Notes: generated by a model not told the origin, from the sequence alone. A DNA stretch of 64,000 nt from Candidatus Zhuqueibacterota bacterium (GCA_049322915.1 JBMOPW010000007.1:116236-180235); one strand, 5' to 3'. Counted from the first letter of the stretch, positions 37,852 to 47,772 are shown. Numbers and translations are program-made.

Positions 37852-40809
37852 ATGGTAACGATAAAGCAAAAAATCATTCTTGCCTGCGCGCTATGTCTGG
37901 GATTTTCGCTGTACGCACAGGACAGAAGAAATAGCGACATCGATGGCGTGCCGGATAAGCAGACCCTGCGCAAGCCAACGGCTCGCGTGGATGAGGCCAT
38001 CGGCGTGATGAATAAAGGGCAGCTATGCAATTTGACGATGAATTACGGCCAGATCACCGACACCCGGCTGGAAGATCCCGGCAATCGTCCCACCGACGAA
38101 TTCTATAATTTCAGATACCCGAAAGTGAAACCCTACGGCTCCATGGTGGACGATTTCGCCCTGTGTTTTGCTGTGGCGAAAAATTCTAAAAACGGGGACA
38201 ATGGCAATTTCATCGATGGCTACACGGCCAACGGCAACGAGGACTGGATTGCCAAAGATGGCTCACTGGGTAAAACTCACTATGATGGCAGCGGCGAAGA
38301 TCCAATGCTGACGTATGTGGATGGCACCACGCCGTATTTGGCGCACAGTGATCTTCCGCAAACCTGGCCTATGGATGCAAACGGCGATCGGTTCTGGCCC
38401 GGGTATTTTCGGCGCAATCCGAGCACCGGCGAGACGTTCACCGGGGAGTTCGCCTCGGATCGCGATGTATATAGCGTTTTCACTGATGCCAACAACGTGC
38501 AGGGCAATTCTCTGGGACTGGAAATTGAGCAGATGGCCTATTGCTACGGCCGCGTCTATGCTGAGGATTTTCAGTTCTATGAATTTTTCGTGCATAATAC
38601 CAGCGCGGATACGATCAAAGACGCCTGGATCGGTCTGTATCAGGATCCTGATTGCGGCGATTACGGCGAAGAAATATTGATCGTGCCGGCAGGATATTCT
38701 TTCTCCGATCCCTATCCGGTCGTCATGCAGCGGGACTTCACCGGCGATATTGGCGGAGCGACGTTTGCCAATTCCGTGGGGCGATACGAAGATATGGATT
38801 TCGGCATTGTGATTCTGGAAACGCCCAAGAATGTCGGGGTCACTGATTTTCATTACTTCACCGACGCCGGCCCCACATTTGATGATGAGCTCTGGCCCAT
38901 CATCAGCAGCAAGAAGGACGATCCGGATATTGCCATGTCGGTCGCGACCTATTTTCACGGGGATAATCCGAAATTGGATGAAGTCGCGCTGATCCAGCAA
39001 CCGCAGGATTGGGTGTACATGGTTGCCAGCGGCCCATTTGATCTGGCGCCGGGCGAAGTTGTGAAATACTCCATTGGCGTGGTCGTGGGCGACACTGACG
39101 CGGATTTCATCAATAACGTGGAAATGGCGGTTCAGATGTTCGAAAAAGGTTTTGTCGGACCGTCAGCGCCGCCAGGCCCGGAGGTGGCTGCTGTGGCTGG
39201 CGATGAAAAAATCACGCTGTACTGGGATAATTCATCGGAGTCCAAAGCTGATCCGCTCACAGGCGAGATCGATTTTGAAGGATACAAGATCTATCGCAGC
39301 CAGGATGGCGGCGCCACATGGGGCACGCCGGTGACCAATGCTCATGGCGATGTCATTGGATACGTCCCCATTGCCCAGTTCGATATCGATAACACCATTG
39401 AGGGGTATGATCCAATCAGTCCGTCGAACTATCTGGGGGCCAACACCGGATTGCAGTACATTTTTGTCGATGAAAATGTGATCAATGGGATTGAGTATTC
39501 CTATACAATCACGGCGTACGACCGCGGTGATAAAGAAGCCAATATCCCTTCGTTCGAGACGGCGAAAGGCACGGGCGCGGCGGAGAAGCATTTTGTGACC
39601 TGCACACCCCGGCCGGATCCGCTGGCCTACGTCTCTGCGTATCCCATGCAATTGAATCAGATCTCCGGCAAAGGTCGGGGCAAGGTGACCATCAGGATTG
39701 TGGATTCGGAAAAATATGGAGCTTATAAAGCGGAGAATGGCAATGCATCGGATCCGGTTTTCAAAATTGATTTCAGCGGCTTCCCGGCAGCATCGTTCTC
39801 GGTGACGGATTCCACCAATGATGGCGCGGTGTTGGGCAGCAGCTTGCCATTGAATACTGAGATTTTCCCGATTTTAAATCAGGCCGGCATTCAAGTGGCC
39901 ATCGAAACAATCAGCCGGATCGGCGGTATTCAGAGCATCACCGATGGCGAGGGCGTCAATGTGATGGGATCGGGCAAAGCCGACGCCAGCGAATCGTGGT
40001 ATGTTCAGGCGTCAGAGATTCCGCCGGCGTCTCTGGAAGCGCGATCGAACAGCTATGAAATACGCTTTACGGCTCAGGGTTCAGTTGCCTACACAAAAGG
40101 CCGGGACCCGGTGGCGTACATGACAGTGCCGTTCGAAGTCTGGCGAGTGCTGCCGGATACGGCTCAGGTCATCTGCGAATTTGAGGATAAGAACAACAAC
40201 CGCACTTTCGACGCATCGGAATTTCTATTCATCGGCAATGTCGCCTACCCGACTGTGACGCCCAATACGGGCGATTCCATCAAAGTCAATTTCCCGTCGG
40301 ATTTCCCGCTGCAAGTCAATTTCGTGCCGGTACCGGTCGATTCGGCGCATCCATTGGGTGGCAGCATGCCGGTCGCAGGGCAGAAAGCGATCCTCTACAC
40401 CAACAGCGGATTTTCAGATGGAAGCGGTTTTCCGGGGACAAGTCAGTCCGGACGCGGCGACCAGTTCATTTTCACGATACAGGAAGATGCCGTGGACCAA
40501 AGTCGTGAGGCAGGTCTGCTGAACGATATCCGGGTTGTGCCCAATCCCTACGTGGCTGTTTCTTTATTCGATCCGCGGCAGAATGTCCATAGCCTCAAAT
40601 TCATGTACCTGCCGGCAGAGTGCAAAATTACCATCTATTCGTTGGCTGGCGTGAAAGTGACGGAATTGGATCACAACGACGGCGCCGGCATTGAGAACTG
40701 GAATTTGACAAATGAATTCGGCCAGGACATTTCGTTTGGCGTGTATGTGTATGTCGTGGAAACAACCAGTGGCGATACGCACGTTGGGAAATTTGCCATC
40801 ATTAAGTAG
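37852..40809 (+). CDS. Large secreted protein (~985 aa) with FN3-like domain and variant CTD
   Basis: Signal peptide from MVTIKQK; AGDEKITLYWD, FEGYKIYRS, YSYTITAYD; C-terminal IRVVPNPY...GVYVYVV...GKFAIIK. Confidence 0.85.
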   Translation: MVTIKQKIILACALCLGFSLYAQDRRNSDIDGVPDKQTLRKPTARVDEAIGVMNKGQLCNLTMNYGQITDTRLEDPGNRPTDEFYNFRYPKVKPYGSMVDDFALCFAVAKNSKNGDNGNFIDGYTANGNEDWIAKDGSLGKTHYDGSGEDPMLTYVDGTTPYLAHSDLPQTWPMDANGDRFWPGYFRRNPSTGETFTGEFASDRDVYSVFTDANNVQGNSLGLEIEQMAYCYGRVYAEDFQFYEFFVHNTSADTIKDAWIGLYQDPDCGDYGEEILIVPAGYSFSDPYPVVMQRDFTGDIGGATFANSVGRYEDMDFGIVILETPKNVGVTDFHYFTDAGPTFDDELWPIISSKKDDPDIAMSVATYFHGDNPKLDEVALIQQPQDWVYMVASGPFDLAPGEVVKYSIGVVVGDTDADFINNVEMAVQMFEKGFVGPSAPPGPEVAAVAGDEKITLYWDNSSESKADPLTGEIDFEGYKIYRSQDGGATWGTPVTNAHGDVIGYVPIAQFDIDNTIEGYDPISPSNYLGANTGLQYIFVDENVINGIEYSYTITAYDRGDKEANIPSFETAKGTGAAEKHFVTCTPRPDPLAYVSAYPMQLNQISGKGRGKVTIRIVDSEKYGAYKAENGNASDPVFKIDFSGFPAASFSVTDSTNDGAVLGSSLPLNTEIFPILNQAGIQVAIETISRIGGIQSITDGEGVNVMGSGKADASESWYVQASEIPPASLEARSNSYEIRFTAQGSVAYTKGRDPVAYMTVPFEVWRVLPDTAQVICEFEDKNNNRTFDASEFLFIGNVAYPTVTPNTGDSIKVNFPSDFPLQVNFVPVPVDSAHPLGGSMPVAGQKAILYTNSGFSDGSGFPGTSQSGRGDQFIFTIQEDAVDQSREAGLLNDIRVVPNPYVAVSLFDPRQNVHSLKFMYLPAECKITIYSLAGVKVTELDHNDGAGIENWNLTNEFGQDISFGVYVYVVETTSGDTHVGKFAIIK

Positions 40810-40818
40810 GAGATAAAG

Positions 40819-41856
40819 ATGAAGAATAGAATACATGTCAGGATGCTTGGAATGCTCCTGGTTGTCGCGCTGATTGCAGGCAGTTCCCATGCAGAATCAT
40901 TTCGCAAAGTGGGCACTTCTGCGGCGCAATTCCTGAAAATCGGAGTCGGCGCGAGAGCGCTTGCCCTGGGAGGCGCCTATGCCGGCATCGCCGACGACGC
41001 TGACGCATTGTACTGGAACCCGGCCGGCATCGTGCATGTCAACGCGATTAGCTGGACCGGCACCCATACAAACTGGATCGCCGACGTGAAACATCAATTC
41101 ACTGGACTGGTTGTGCCCATGGGAAGAGGCGCATCGTTGGGATTTTCCGCCACATTCGTCACTATGGACAAAGTGGAAATCACCACCGAAAGCGAGCCCC
41201 GTGGCACCGGCTTTTACTGGGATGCCAACGACATCGCAGTGGGTCTGACCTATGCCCGCTGGATGACGGATCGGATCGCTGTGGGTGTGACCGGAAAATA
41301 TGTCTCGCAGAAAATCTGGAATGAAAGCGCATCGACGTTCGCCGTGGATGTGGGGACCTATTTGAATACCGGCTACAAAGGAATTGTCATCGGTATGTGC
41401 TTTTCCAATTTTGGCGGCAATCTTCAATTGGCCGGCCGCGACCTGATTCGGGAATACGATTACAGCCCGGACAATTCGCTCAATACCGGCGTGGATACGC
41501 GAATGTTCACACAGCCCTGGCCTCTGCCCGTTAATTTCAGAGTGGGGATTTCCATGGAAGTCGTTGGCGCCGGGGATATGCTTTTGCCCTCCGAGAACAA
41601 TCGCCTCACCCTGGCTGTGGACGGTAACCATCCCAATGACGACAGCGAGAAGCTCAATTTCGGCTTTGAATACAGTTGGAAAGAAATCCTGTTCACGCGC
41701 ATCGGCTATGGTCTGGACTACGACCTGATGCAATTCAGCTATGGCCTCGGCCTGAAAATGAACATCAGCGACGCTCGTTTCAGTTTCGACTATGCGCTGG
41801 CTCCGTACCAGGAACTGGGGACGATTCATTACTTCACCGTGGGTTTGAGTTTTTAG
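40819..41856 (+). CDS. PorV/PorQ (UPF0164) family outer-membrane barrel
   Basis: AAQFLKIGVGARALALGGA, ALYWNPAG, FSFDYA, C-terminal Phe. Confidence 0.88.
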   Translation: MKNRIHVRMLGMLLVVALIAGSSHAESFRKVGTSAAQFLKIGVGARALALGGAYAGIADDADALYWNPAGIVHVNAISWTGTHTNWIADVKHQFTGLVVPMGRGASLGFSATFVTMDKVEITTESEPRGTGFYWDANDIAVGLTYARWMTDRIAVGVTGKYVSQKIWNESASTFAVDVGTYLNTGYKGIVIGMCFSNFGGNLQLAGRDLIREYDYSPDNSLNTGVDTRMFTQPWPLPVNFRVGISMEVVGAGDMLLPSENNRLTLAVDGNHPNDDSEKLNFGFEYSWKEILFTRIGYGLDYDLMQFSYGLGLKMNISDARFSFDYALAPYQELGTIHYFTVGLSF

Positions 41857-41934
41857 AGGGAGTCTTTTCACCCTGTCGACCAGACCATTGGCATGAACTA
41901 CCTGCGACAGGCGATAGAATTCCACAGGCAGCTT

Positions 41935-41973
41935 AAGAGGTGAGAATCCGGAAGGTCTTCTCACCTCTTTTTT
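41935..41973 (+). terminator. Rho-independent terminator ending the TBDR operon
   Basis: AAGAGGTGAGAA...TTCTCACCTCTT followed by a T-run. Confidence 0.8.
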
Positions 41974-42029
41974 ACATGATTTCGTTTTGTGGTTGGTAAA
42001 AATTTGTCGCCTTAAACCCAGATAATGCG

Positions 42030-42349
42030 ATTGCCACAAAGACTCCGAGGCGCAAGGAAAATTTTTATAAAATTTTAGAATCACTTTTTAACCTGCATTA
42101 TTCATAGTAGTTTTAAAGGAGGCTGGCTAACCTGAATGGTGCTCTTTTTAGAATAAACGTATAAAAACTGAGTTTCAAAATAGCTTAGCGTTTAGCTAAT
42201 TGAAAATCTGAATGTTGACTCAAATTCTGAGCAATTTCATGAATAATTCAGGTTAAGAAAAGCATTTTCATTTTTTTGTGCTTTGATTTTCAAGAATAAA
42301 ATACGTTTTTTCTTTGTGATTCTTGGTGCCTTCGAGACTTCGAGGCAAT
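42030..42349. repeat. Imperfect palindromic intergenic repeat hosting MITE copy 2
   Basis: ATTGCCACAAAGACTCCGAGGCGCAAG at the left end is roughly complementary to CTTGGTGCCTTCGAGACTTCGAGGCAAT at the right end. Confidence 0.55.
42092..42252. mobile_element. MITE copy 2 (161 bp, inverted relative to copy 1)
   Basis: TIRs CCTGCATTATTCAT...ATGAATAATTCAGG (13/14) flanked by a TTAA direct repeat (42088-42091 and 42253-42256). Confidence 0.88.
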
Positions 42350-42436
42350 TTTTTAAATTTCAATTGCATTATATGGATTAAAATTTGAAACTGTAATTTT
42401 TCCAAACGTCTTTTAATTGAAAAGACATCACGACCT

Positions 42437-42907
42437 ATGCGGCTGAAACTGATAGTGGTTGGCAAGACAAAAGAGAAATATATCCACCTGGGGGAGATGG
42501 ATTTCGCTGCGCGGCTCAATAACTACTGCGAGTTCGAACAGGTCATCGTTCGGGATGAACGAATTACGGCATCGCGGCGTGAGGGCGCGATCAAAATGCA
42601 GGAAGGCGAACGAATTCTGCAGAAGCTCGGACCTTCCGATCTGGTTGTTGTTCTGGACCAGCGCGGCGAGCAGGTCAGTTCCGAGCGCCTTGCCGGGTTC
42701 ATTGATCAGGAACGGAATCGAGGGACAAAGCAAATCGATTTCATCATCGGCGGCGCGCTCGGGCTGGGGGAGAATGTGCTCGCCCGGGCGGATAAAATTC
42801 TGAGCCTGTCGGCGATGACCTTCACCCATGAAATGGCGCGATTGATTGTGCTGGAACAACTCTATCGCGCGCACTCAATTTTAGCCGGTACAAAATACCA
42901 CAAATGA
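42437..42907 (+). CDS. rlmH: 23S rRNA (pseudouridine1915-N3)-methyltransferase
   Basis: VVGKTK, LDQRG, FIIGGALG, LSAMTFTHEMARLIVLEQLYRA..I..G.KYHK. Confidence 0.97.
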   Translation: MRLKLIVVGKTKEKYIHLGEMDFAARLNNYCEFEQVIVRDERITASRREGAIKMQEGERILQKLGPSDLVVVLDQRGEQVSSERLAGFIDQERNRGTKQIDFIIGGALGLGENVLARADKILSLSAMTFTHEMARLIVLEQLYRAHSILAGTKYHK

Positions 42908-42974
42908 AATTACCGAAGATACCATTGGTTCATCGATGTCATTTTTTTGTAACTACTCAGGTCCTGCTATTTGG

Positions 42975-43116
42975 AAGCTGCTGAAGCAGCTAAACATGTA
43001 GCGAGTGCTTATAATACACCAAGCTGAAGCTTGGTGATGATTCAATTGTTCCAGCACCACAATTTATTGCGGTGTCTCTTATACGAACGAATCAGCAACA
43101 GCCGCTTCAGCGGCTT
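42975..43116. repeat. REP-like cluster of GCTGAAGC hairpins
   Basis: AGCTGCTGAAGCAGCT, CACCAAGCTGAAGCTTGGTG and the inverted AGCCGCTTCAGCGGCT. Confidence 0.7.
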
Positions 43117-43156
43117 TTAAAACAAGCATAGCTTAGTAGTTACCATTTAATTGCCT

Positions 43157-44254
43157 ATGAAAACACACGTGAAAAAAATCGTACAGAATATCCTGTTGCT
43201 GTGCATCTCGAGCCTCCTGATTCTTCTGGTGCTGGAATGGATTTCTCGGCTATCTTTCAAGCAAATGTATCCTCATGTCACGGATGAATCCGGCGCCATT
43301 GTTTCCATGCAGCGGGAAGTCGGGCGTCCTGAAGAAGGACTGCGGCCCAATTTCAAGGGACGACTGCAATCCGGGGAATACAACACTGAAATTCGCCTGG
43401 ATAGTCTCGGTTTTCGTTCCCCGGTTAGGAAGGGAGTCGGGTTGAACGGCTCGCCCGTGCGCATCGTCCTGTTAGGGGATTCCTACATGTTCGGATGGGG
43501 CGTCGATCTGGAAAAATCGTTCGCTGGCTATCTCGCTGAGGAATTGAGCCAGCGATGGCGACGACCGGTGGAAATTTCCAATCTGGCCATTCCCGGCACC
43601 GGACAGTTCACCCAGCTCAAATTACTCAGAGCCATTCCCGCGATCAACCCGCATCTGGTCATCTCCGGGCTGTACGTGATCGATTATGCCGCCAGCGGCA
43701 ATGACCTGATCGATAATATGAACGATTATTATTCGCTGCGAAAGGCGCTGCCATCGGATGATCTCAGTGAGAAAGTCGATTGGCCCAGAAAGGTGCGACG
43801 CCTTTTGAAGCGGCATTCAAGTTTATACCGCTTCATCGAAACGCGGCTCGGGGCCATTCTGTTGGCGAAATTCAGCGGCGCCATGAATGTCCAGCGGGAT
43901 GTGGCCGGCATGAACCGGGCATGGCAGATCACCGATTCATTGCTGGTGGAGATCAACAACGAGACAGCCTTGAAAAACGCGCGGCTCGTGCTTCAATACA
44001 TCCCCAACATGCTGGATTTCACCCGGAGGGATAACCAGGTTTACGAGCGACTGAAACGCACGGCCGACGCCAACCAGATTGCCATTGCGCCGAATCCCAT
44101 CGGGATTATCCCGGCGAATGACCCGAATTTCGATGTAGGCCGTTACTATTATCTCGTCGACGGCCATTGGACATCGGAAGCGCACCGGCAATGCGCTCTG
44201 GCGATGGCGAATTTCATCGTCATGATGCCGGCGCCTGGCGAAAACATCCACTAA
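43157..44254 (+). CDS. Membrane-anchored SGNH/GDSL hydrolase family protein
   Basis: N-terminal TM, LGFR, LGDSYMFG, NLAIPG, GND, DGHW. Confidence 0.85.
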   Translation: MKTHVKKIVQNILLLCISSLLILLVLEWISRLSFKQMYPHVTDESGAIVSMQREVGRPEEGLRPNFKGRLQSGEYNTEIRLDSLGFRSPVRKGVGLNGSPVRIVLLGDSYMFGWGVDLEKSFAGYLAEELSQRWRRPVEISNLAIPGTGQFTQLKLLRAIPAINPHLVISGLYVIDYAASGNDLIDNMNDYYSLRKALPSDDLSEKVDWPRKVRRLLKRHSSLYRFIETRLGAILLAKFSGAMNVQRDVAGMNRAWQITDSLLVEINNETALKNARLVLQYIPNMLDFTRRDNQVYERLKRTADANQIAIAPNPIGIIPANDPNFDVGRYYYLVDGHWTSEAHRQCALAMANFIVMMPAPGENIH

Positions 44255-44388
44255 CGCATCGCAGGGAAAATCGATGCGAACTGCGGCCGGCGCTCGCCGG
44301 CGGGTTGGCCTCGATTCTATTGACATGGGAAGCGCTTCAGGGTACAAATCTCATCGCCCTGGAATGAATGTCGTTCACCAATTAAGGC

Positions 44389-44417
44389 TTGACTATTTTA
44401 TAAAATTTTTGTATGTT
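44389..44417 (+). promoter_or_regulatory. Putative sigma70 promoter
   Basis: TTGACT-17 nt-TATGTT upstream of the GT2 gene. Confidence 0.5.
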
Positions 44418-44467
44418 TGACCTCATTTATTGTCTGAACATAACGACGAATCGGATGCCGGACGTCC

Positions 44468-46531
44468 ATGGATCTATCGATAATCATTGTCAGTTACAAT
44501 GTCAAAGAATTTCTGGAGCAGGCGATCGTTTCGATTGTTAAATCGAGCCAGTCAATTCAGTACGAAATATTCGTTGTCGATAATGCTTCCAGCGATGGCA
44601 GCGCCGAGTTGATCCGAAAGAAATTTCCGTCCATCCACCTGATCACCAACTCGGATAACAAAGGCTTTGCGGCAGCCAATAACCAGGCGCTCAAGCTGGC
44701 CCGCGGGAAATATATCTTACTCATCAATCCTGACACCATCGTTCAGGAAGATACCGTTCGCATCATTCGAAATTTCATTGAAGCTCATCCGGAATGCGGC
44801 ATGGTCGGATGCAAAATCCTGAATCCGGATGGGAGTTTGCAGCTCGCCTGCCGGCGCAGTTTCCCAACGCCGTGGGTTGGATTCACCAAGATCATCGGGC
44901 TGAGCAAGCTCTTCCCGCAGAGTCGTTGGTTCGGCAGGTATAATTTGACCTATCTCGATCCTGATGAAACGTATGAAGTAGAAGCGATTTCAGGGTCATT
45001 TATGTTCTTTCGCAGAAGCGTCCTGGAAGATGTGGGCTATCTGGATGAATCGTTTTTTATGTACGGCGAAGATCTGGACTGGTGCTTCAGAATTCAGCAA
45101 GCCGGCTGGAAAATTTACTATGTGCCGGATACGCGGATCATCCACTTTAAAGGCGAGAGCTCCAAAAAGAGCAACATCGATCTGATACTCCAGTTCTATC
45201 GCGCCATGAAATTGTTCGTTGAGAAGCATTATCATAACCGCTATTTTCATGTGCCGCAGTGGTTGCTGGTGGCTGGCATTTCGCTTCGGGCCAGCTTGAC
45301 ATTCCTGAAACGATTCTTGCTGTGGATGCTGCCCGGACTCATCGATGGCGTGCTGCTGAGCCTGGGCATGATGGCCGCAATTTTCATCCGGTTTTATAAT
45401 TTCGAACATCTGCGCGCGTACCTCCCTGTCATGACGGTGTACACGGTCATCTGGCTGGTCTGTCTCTGGATCGCCGGGAGTTACTCGCGGAAGCGCTATT
45501 CATCGCTGCGGGCGGTTTATGGCGTTGCCATCGGGCTGCTTTTCAATACGTCGCTGACGTTCTTTTTCAATCAGTATGCTTTTTCCCGCGCTGTGGTTTT
45601 AATCGCCGGGGCGTTGGTGATGGCTTTATTGGCCGGCTGGCGATTCGCACTGAAAATTGTGTCGCGATTCCATGTGCTGCCATTTCAGGATGCCTTCCGA
45701 CAGAGCTTTTTAGGCCGGGGCGCGCTGATCGTCGCGCCGGTCGCATCAGGTCAGCGGATCGCAGCCAAACTGCGGGAACGACTGGAGGCCGGGTATGATG
45801 TCTATGGCATTGTAACGCCGGAGGAGATAGATGATGTTGATGATGAAAATGGCAATCGCGTGCCGGTCCTGGGACAGTTGACGCACCTGGAAGAAATCGT
45901 TCGGCAATCGAGGGTGCGGGAGATCATCTTCTCCACGGAGAAAATCGCCTACGACCGGATTCTGGAAATAATCGCCCGGACAAAGAACAGAAATTTGAAT
46001 TTCAAATTAGTCCCCAGCAGCATGGATGTCGTCATTGGGAAAGCGTCCATCGAATACATCGGCGATTTGCCGCTCATGGATATTGAGTACAATTTGAATC
46101 GGCCCATCAATATTTTCGTGAAGCGCAGTTTTGATGTATGCCTGTCCCTGATATCGATTGGGCTTCTTTCGCCTGTCTTCGTGTATCTGCTGCTGGTGAA
46201 GCGAGTGAAGGTGATCGACTGTAGCAGCCGCTTCAGGCTGCGCGAATTTTCAGGGGTGAATCTCACCCCATTCCGGAGCCGATTGCCATACCTGTGGTCG
46301 ATTTTGCGGGGAGATGTGAGTTTCGTCGGTTCGGATATCGCCGGGGTGCAGGAGTCAGAGGAAGGCGGTAGGTTCCTGCAGCTCAAACCGGGGCTTTTTG
46401 GACTGGCGCAATTGAATGCCGCCAGGATCGGTTCCGACTCGGAACGCGAGCGGTATGACCTTTATTATCTGAAAAATTACTCGCTCATTCTGGATATTGA
46501 AATTATCATCAAATCGGTTTTCAAAATCTGA
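44468..46531 (+). CDS. GT2 glycosyltransferase fused to TM, CoA-binding-like and degenerate Bac_transf domains
   Basis: SIIIVSYN, VVDNASSDGS, GFAAANN, INPDT, FFMYGEDLDWC; C-terminal KRSFD, LRGDVSFVG, KPGLFG, DLYYLKNYS..LD. Confidence 0.9.
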   Translation: MDLSIIIVSYNVKEFLEQAIVSIVKSSQSIQYEIFVVDNASSDGSAELIRKKFPSIHLITNSDNKGFAAANNQALKLARGKYILLINPDTIVQEDTVRIIRNFIEAHPECGMVGCKILNPDGSLQLACRRSFPTPWVGFTKIIGLSKLFPQSRWFGRYNLTYLDPDETYEVEAISGSFMFFRRSVLEDVGYLDESFFMYGEDLDWCFRIQQAGWKIYYVPDTRIIHFKGESSKKSNIDLILQFYRAMKLFVEKHYHNRYFHVPQWLLVAGISLRASLTFLKRFLLWMLPGLIDGVLLSLGMMAAIFIRFYNFEHLRAYLPVMTVYTVIWLVCLWIAGSYSRKRYSSLRAVYGVAIGLLFNTSLTFFFNQYAFSRAVVLIAGALVMALLAGWRFALKIVSRFHVLPFQDAFRQSFLGRGALIVAPVASGQRIAAKLRERLEAGYDVYGIVTPEEIDDVDDENGNRVPVLGQLTHLEEIVRQSRVREIIFSTEKIAYDRILEIIARTKNRNLNFKLVPSSMDVVIGKASIEYIGDLPLMDIEYNLNRPINIFVKRSFDVCLSLISIGLLSPVFVYLLLVKRVKVIDCSSRFRLREFSGVNLTPFRSRLPYLWSILRGDVSFVGSDIAGVQESEEGGRFLQLKPGLFGLAQLNAARIGSDSERERYDLYYLKNYSLILDIEIIIKSVFKI

Positions 46532-46616
46532 CCGGAGCACGATGTCCCGGCGATCGGGGTCAGACGGACATGATTAATTCATTTCAAACGATGATGCACT
46601 AATCGGGTTAAAACGA

Positions 46617-47582
46617 ATGGAACATTTTGTATTAGAATTTGAGCGACCGCTGATTGAGTTGGAAAAGAAAATTCAGGAAATGAAGGATTATTCGCTCAAT
46701 GAGGATGTCGAGCTCAGTGATGAGATCCGGCGTCTTGAAGAAAAAGCGCTGAAGCTGCGAACCGAGATTTATTCGAAATTGACGCGGTGGCAGCGCGTTC
46801 AATTGGCGAGACATCCGCAGCGGCCCTACACGCTCGATTATATCCAGCGCATTACGGACTTTTTCATCGAGATTCATGGCGACCGCGCGTACGGTGATGA
46901 TCCGGCCATCGTGGCCGGGATGGCTGAAATCGATCATCAACCCATGGTGATTGTTGGGCATCAGAAAGGTCGCACGACAAAGGAAAAATTGTATCGCAAT
47001 TTTGGGATGCCTCATCCTGAGGGGTATCGCAAGGCCATGCGCGTGATGAAAATTGCGGCCAAGTTCAACCGGCCCATCATCTGCCTGATTGATACGCCCG
47101 GCGCCTATCCCGGTCTCGGCGCTGAGGAACGCGGACAGGCCGAGGCGATAGCGCATAACTTGTTCGAAATGTCCCATTTGCCGGTGCCGATTGTGAATAT
47201 CGTGATCGGCGAGGGTGCTAGCGGCGGCGCGCTGGGAATTGGCGTTGGTGACCGTCTGCTGATGATGGAAAACACCTGGTATTCAGTCATCACGCCGGAA
47301 GGATGTTCGGCCATTTTATGGCGCGATGCGTCCAATGCCAATCTGGCGGCAGAGGCCATGCGGGTGACTGCCCAGGATTTGCTCGAGATGGAAATTCTCG
47401 ATGAAGTGATTGCCGAACCGCCGGGCGGCGCGCACCGCGACGTGGATGCTGCCGCAGTTATTTTGAAGGAGACCATTCTGAGAGAATTACAGCAATTGAA
47501 AGATCTGCCATCGGACGAATTGATTGATAGACGAATTAAAAAATTCAGCAAGATGGGTTTTTGGGATGAGACGATTGAATAA
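46617..47582 (+). CDS. accA: Acetyl-CoA carboxylase carboxyltransferase alpha subunit
   Basis: LEFERP, LARHPQRP, GHQKGR, NFGMPHPEGYRKA, DTPGAYPG, GEGASGGA. Confidence 0.97.
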   Translation: MEHFVLEFERPLIELEKKIQEMKDYSLNEDVELSDEIRRLEEKALKLRTEIYSKLTRWQRVQLARHPQRPYTLDYIQRITDFFIEIHGDRAYGDDPAIVAGMAEIDHQPMVIVGHQKGRTTKEKLYRNFGMPHPEGYRKAMRVMKIAAKFNRPIICLIDTPGAYPGLGAEERGQAEAIAHNLFEMSHLPVPIVNIVIGEGASGGALGIGVGDRLLMMENTWYSVITPEGCSAILWRDASNANLAAEAMRVTAQDLLEMEILDEVIAEPPGGAHRDVDAAAVILKETILRELQQLKDLPSDELIDRRIKKFSKMGFWDETIE

Positions 47583-47607
47583 CTTCTAACTTCAAGGAGG
47601 ATGTTTT

Positions 47608-47772
47608 ATGCTGAGTAAAGAATTGCTGGACATTTTAGCCTGCCCCAAATGCAAGGGCGATCTGGAATACGACTCGAAAAATGAAAAATTAATCTGTCAC
47701 GCCTGTCGTTTGAAATACGAAATCCGCGATGACATCCCGGTGATGCTTATCGACGAAGCGGAGAAATTTTAA
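47608..47772 (+). CDS. Trm112/YcaR family protein (54 aa, below the ORF-track cutoff)
   Basis: MLSKELLDILACPKCKGDL...ICHAC..YEIRDDIPVMLIDEA; AAGGAGG RBS. Confidence 0.93.
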   Translation: MLSKELLDILACPKCKGDLEYDSKNEKLICHACRLKYEIRDDIPVMLIDEAEKF

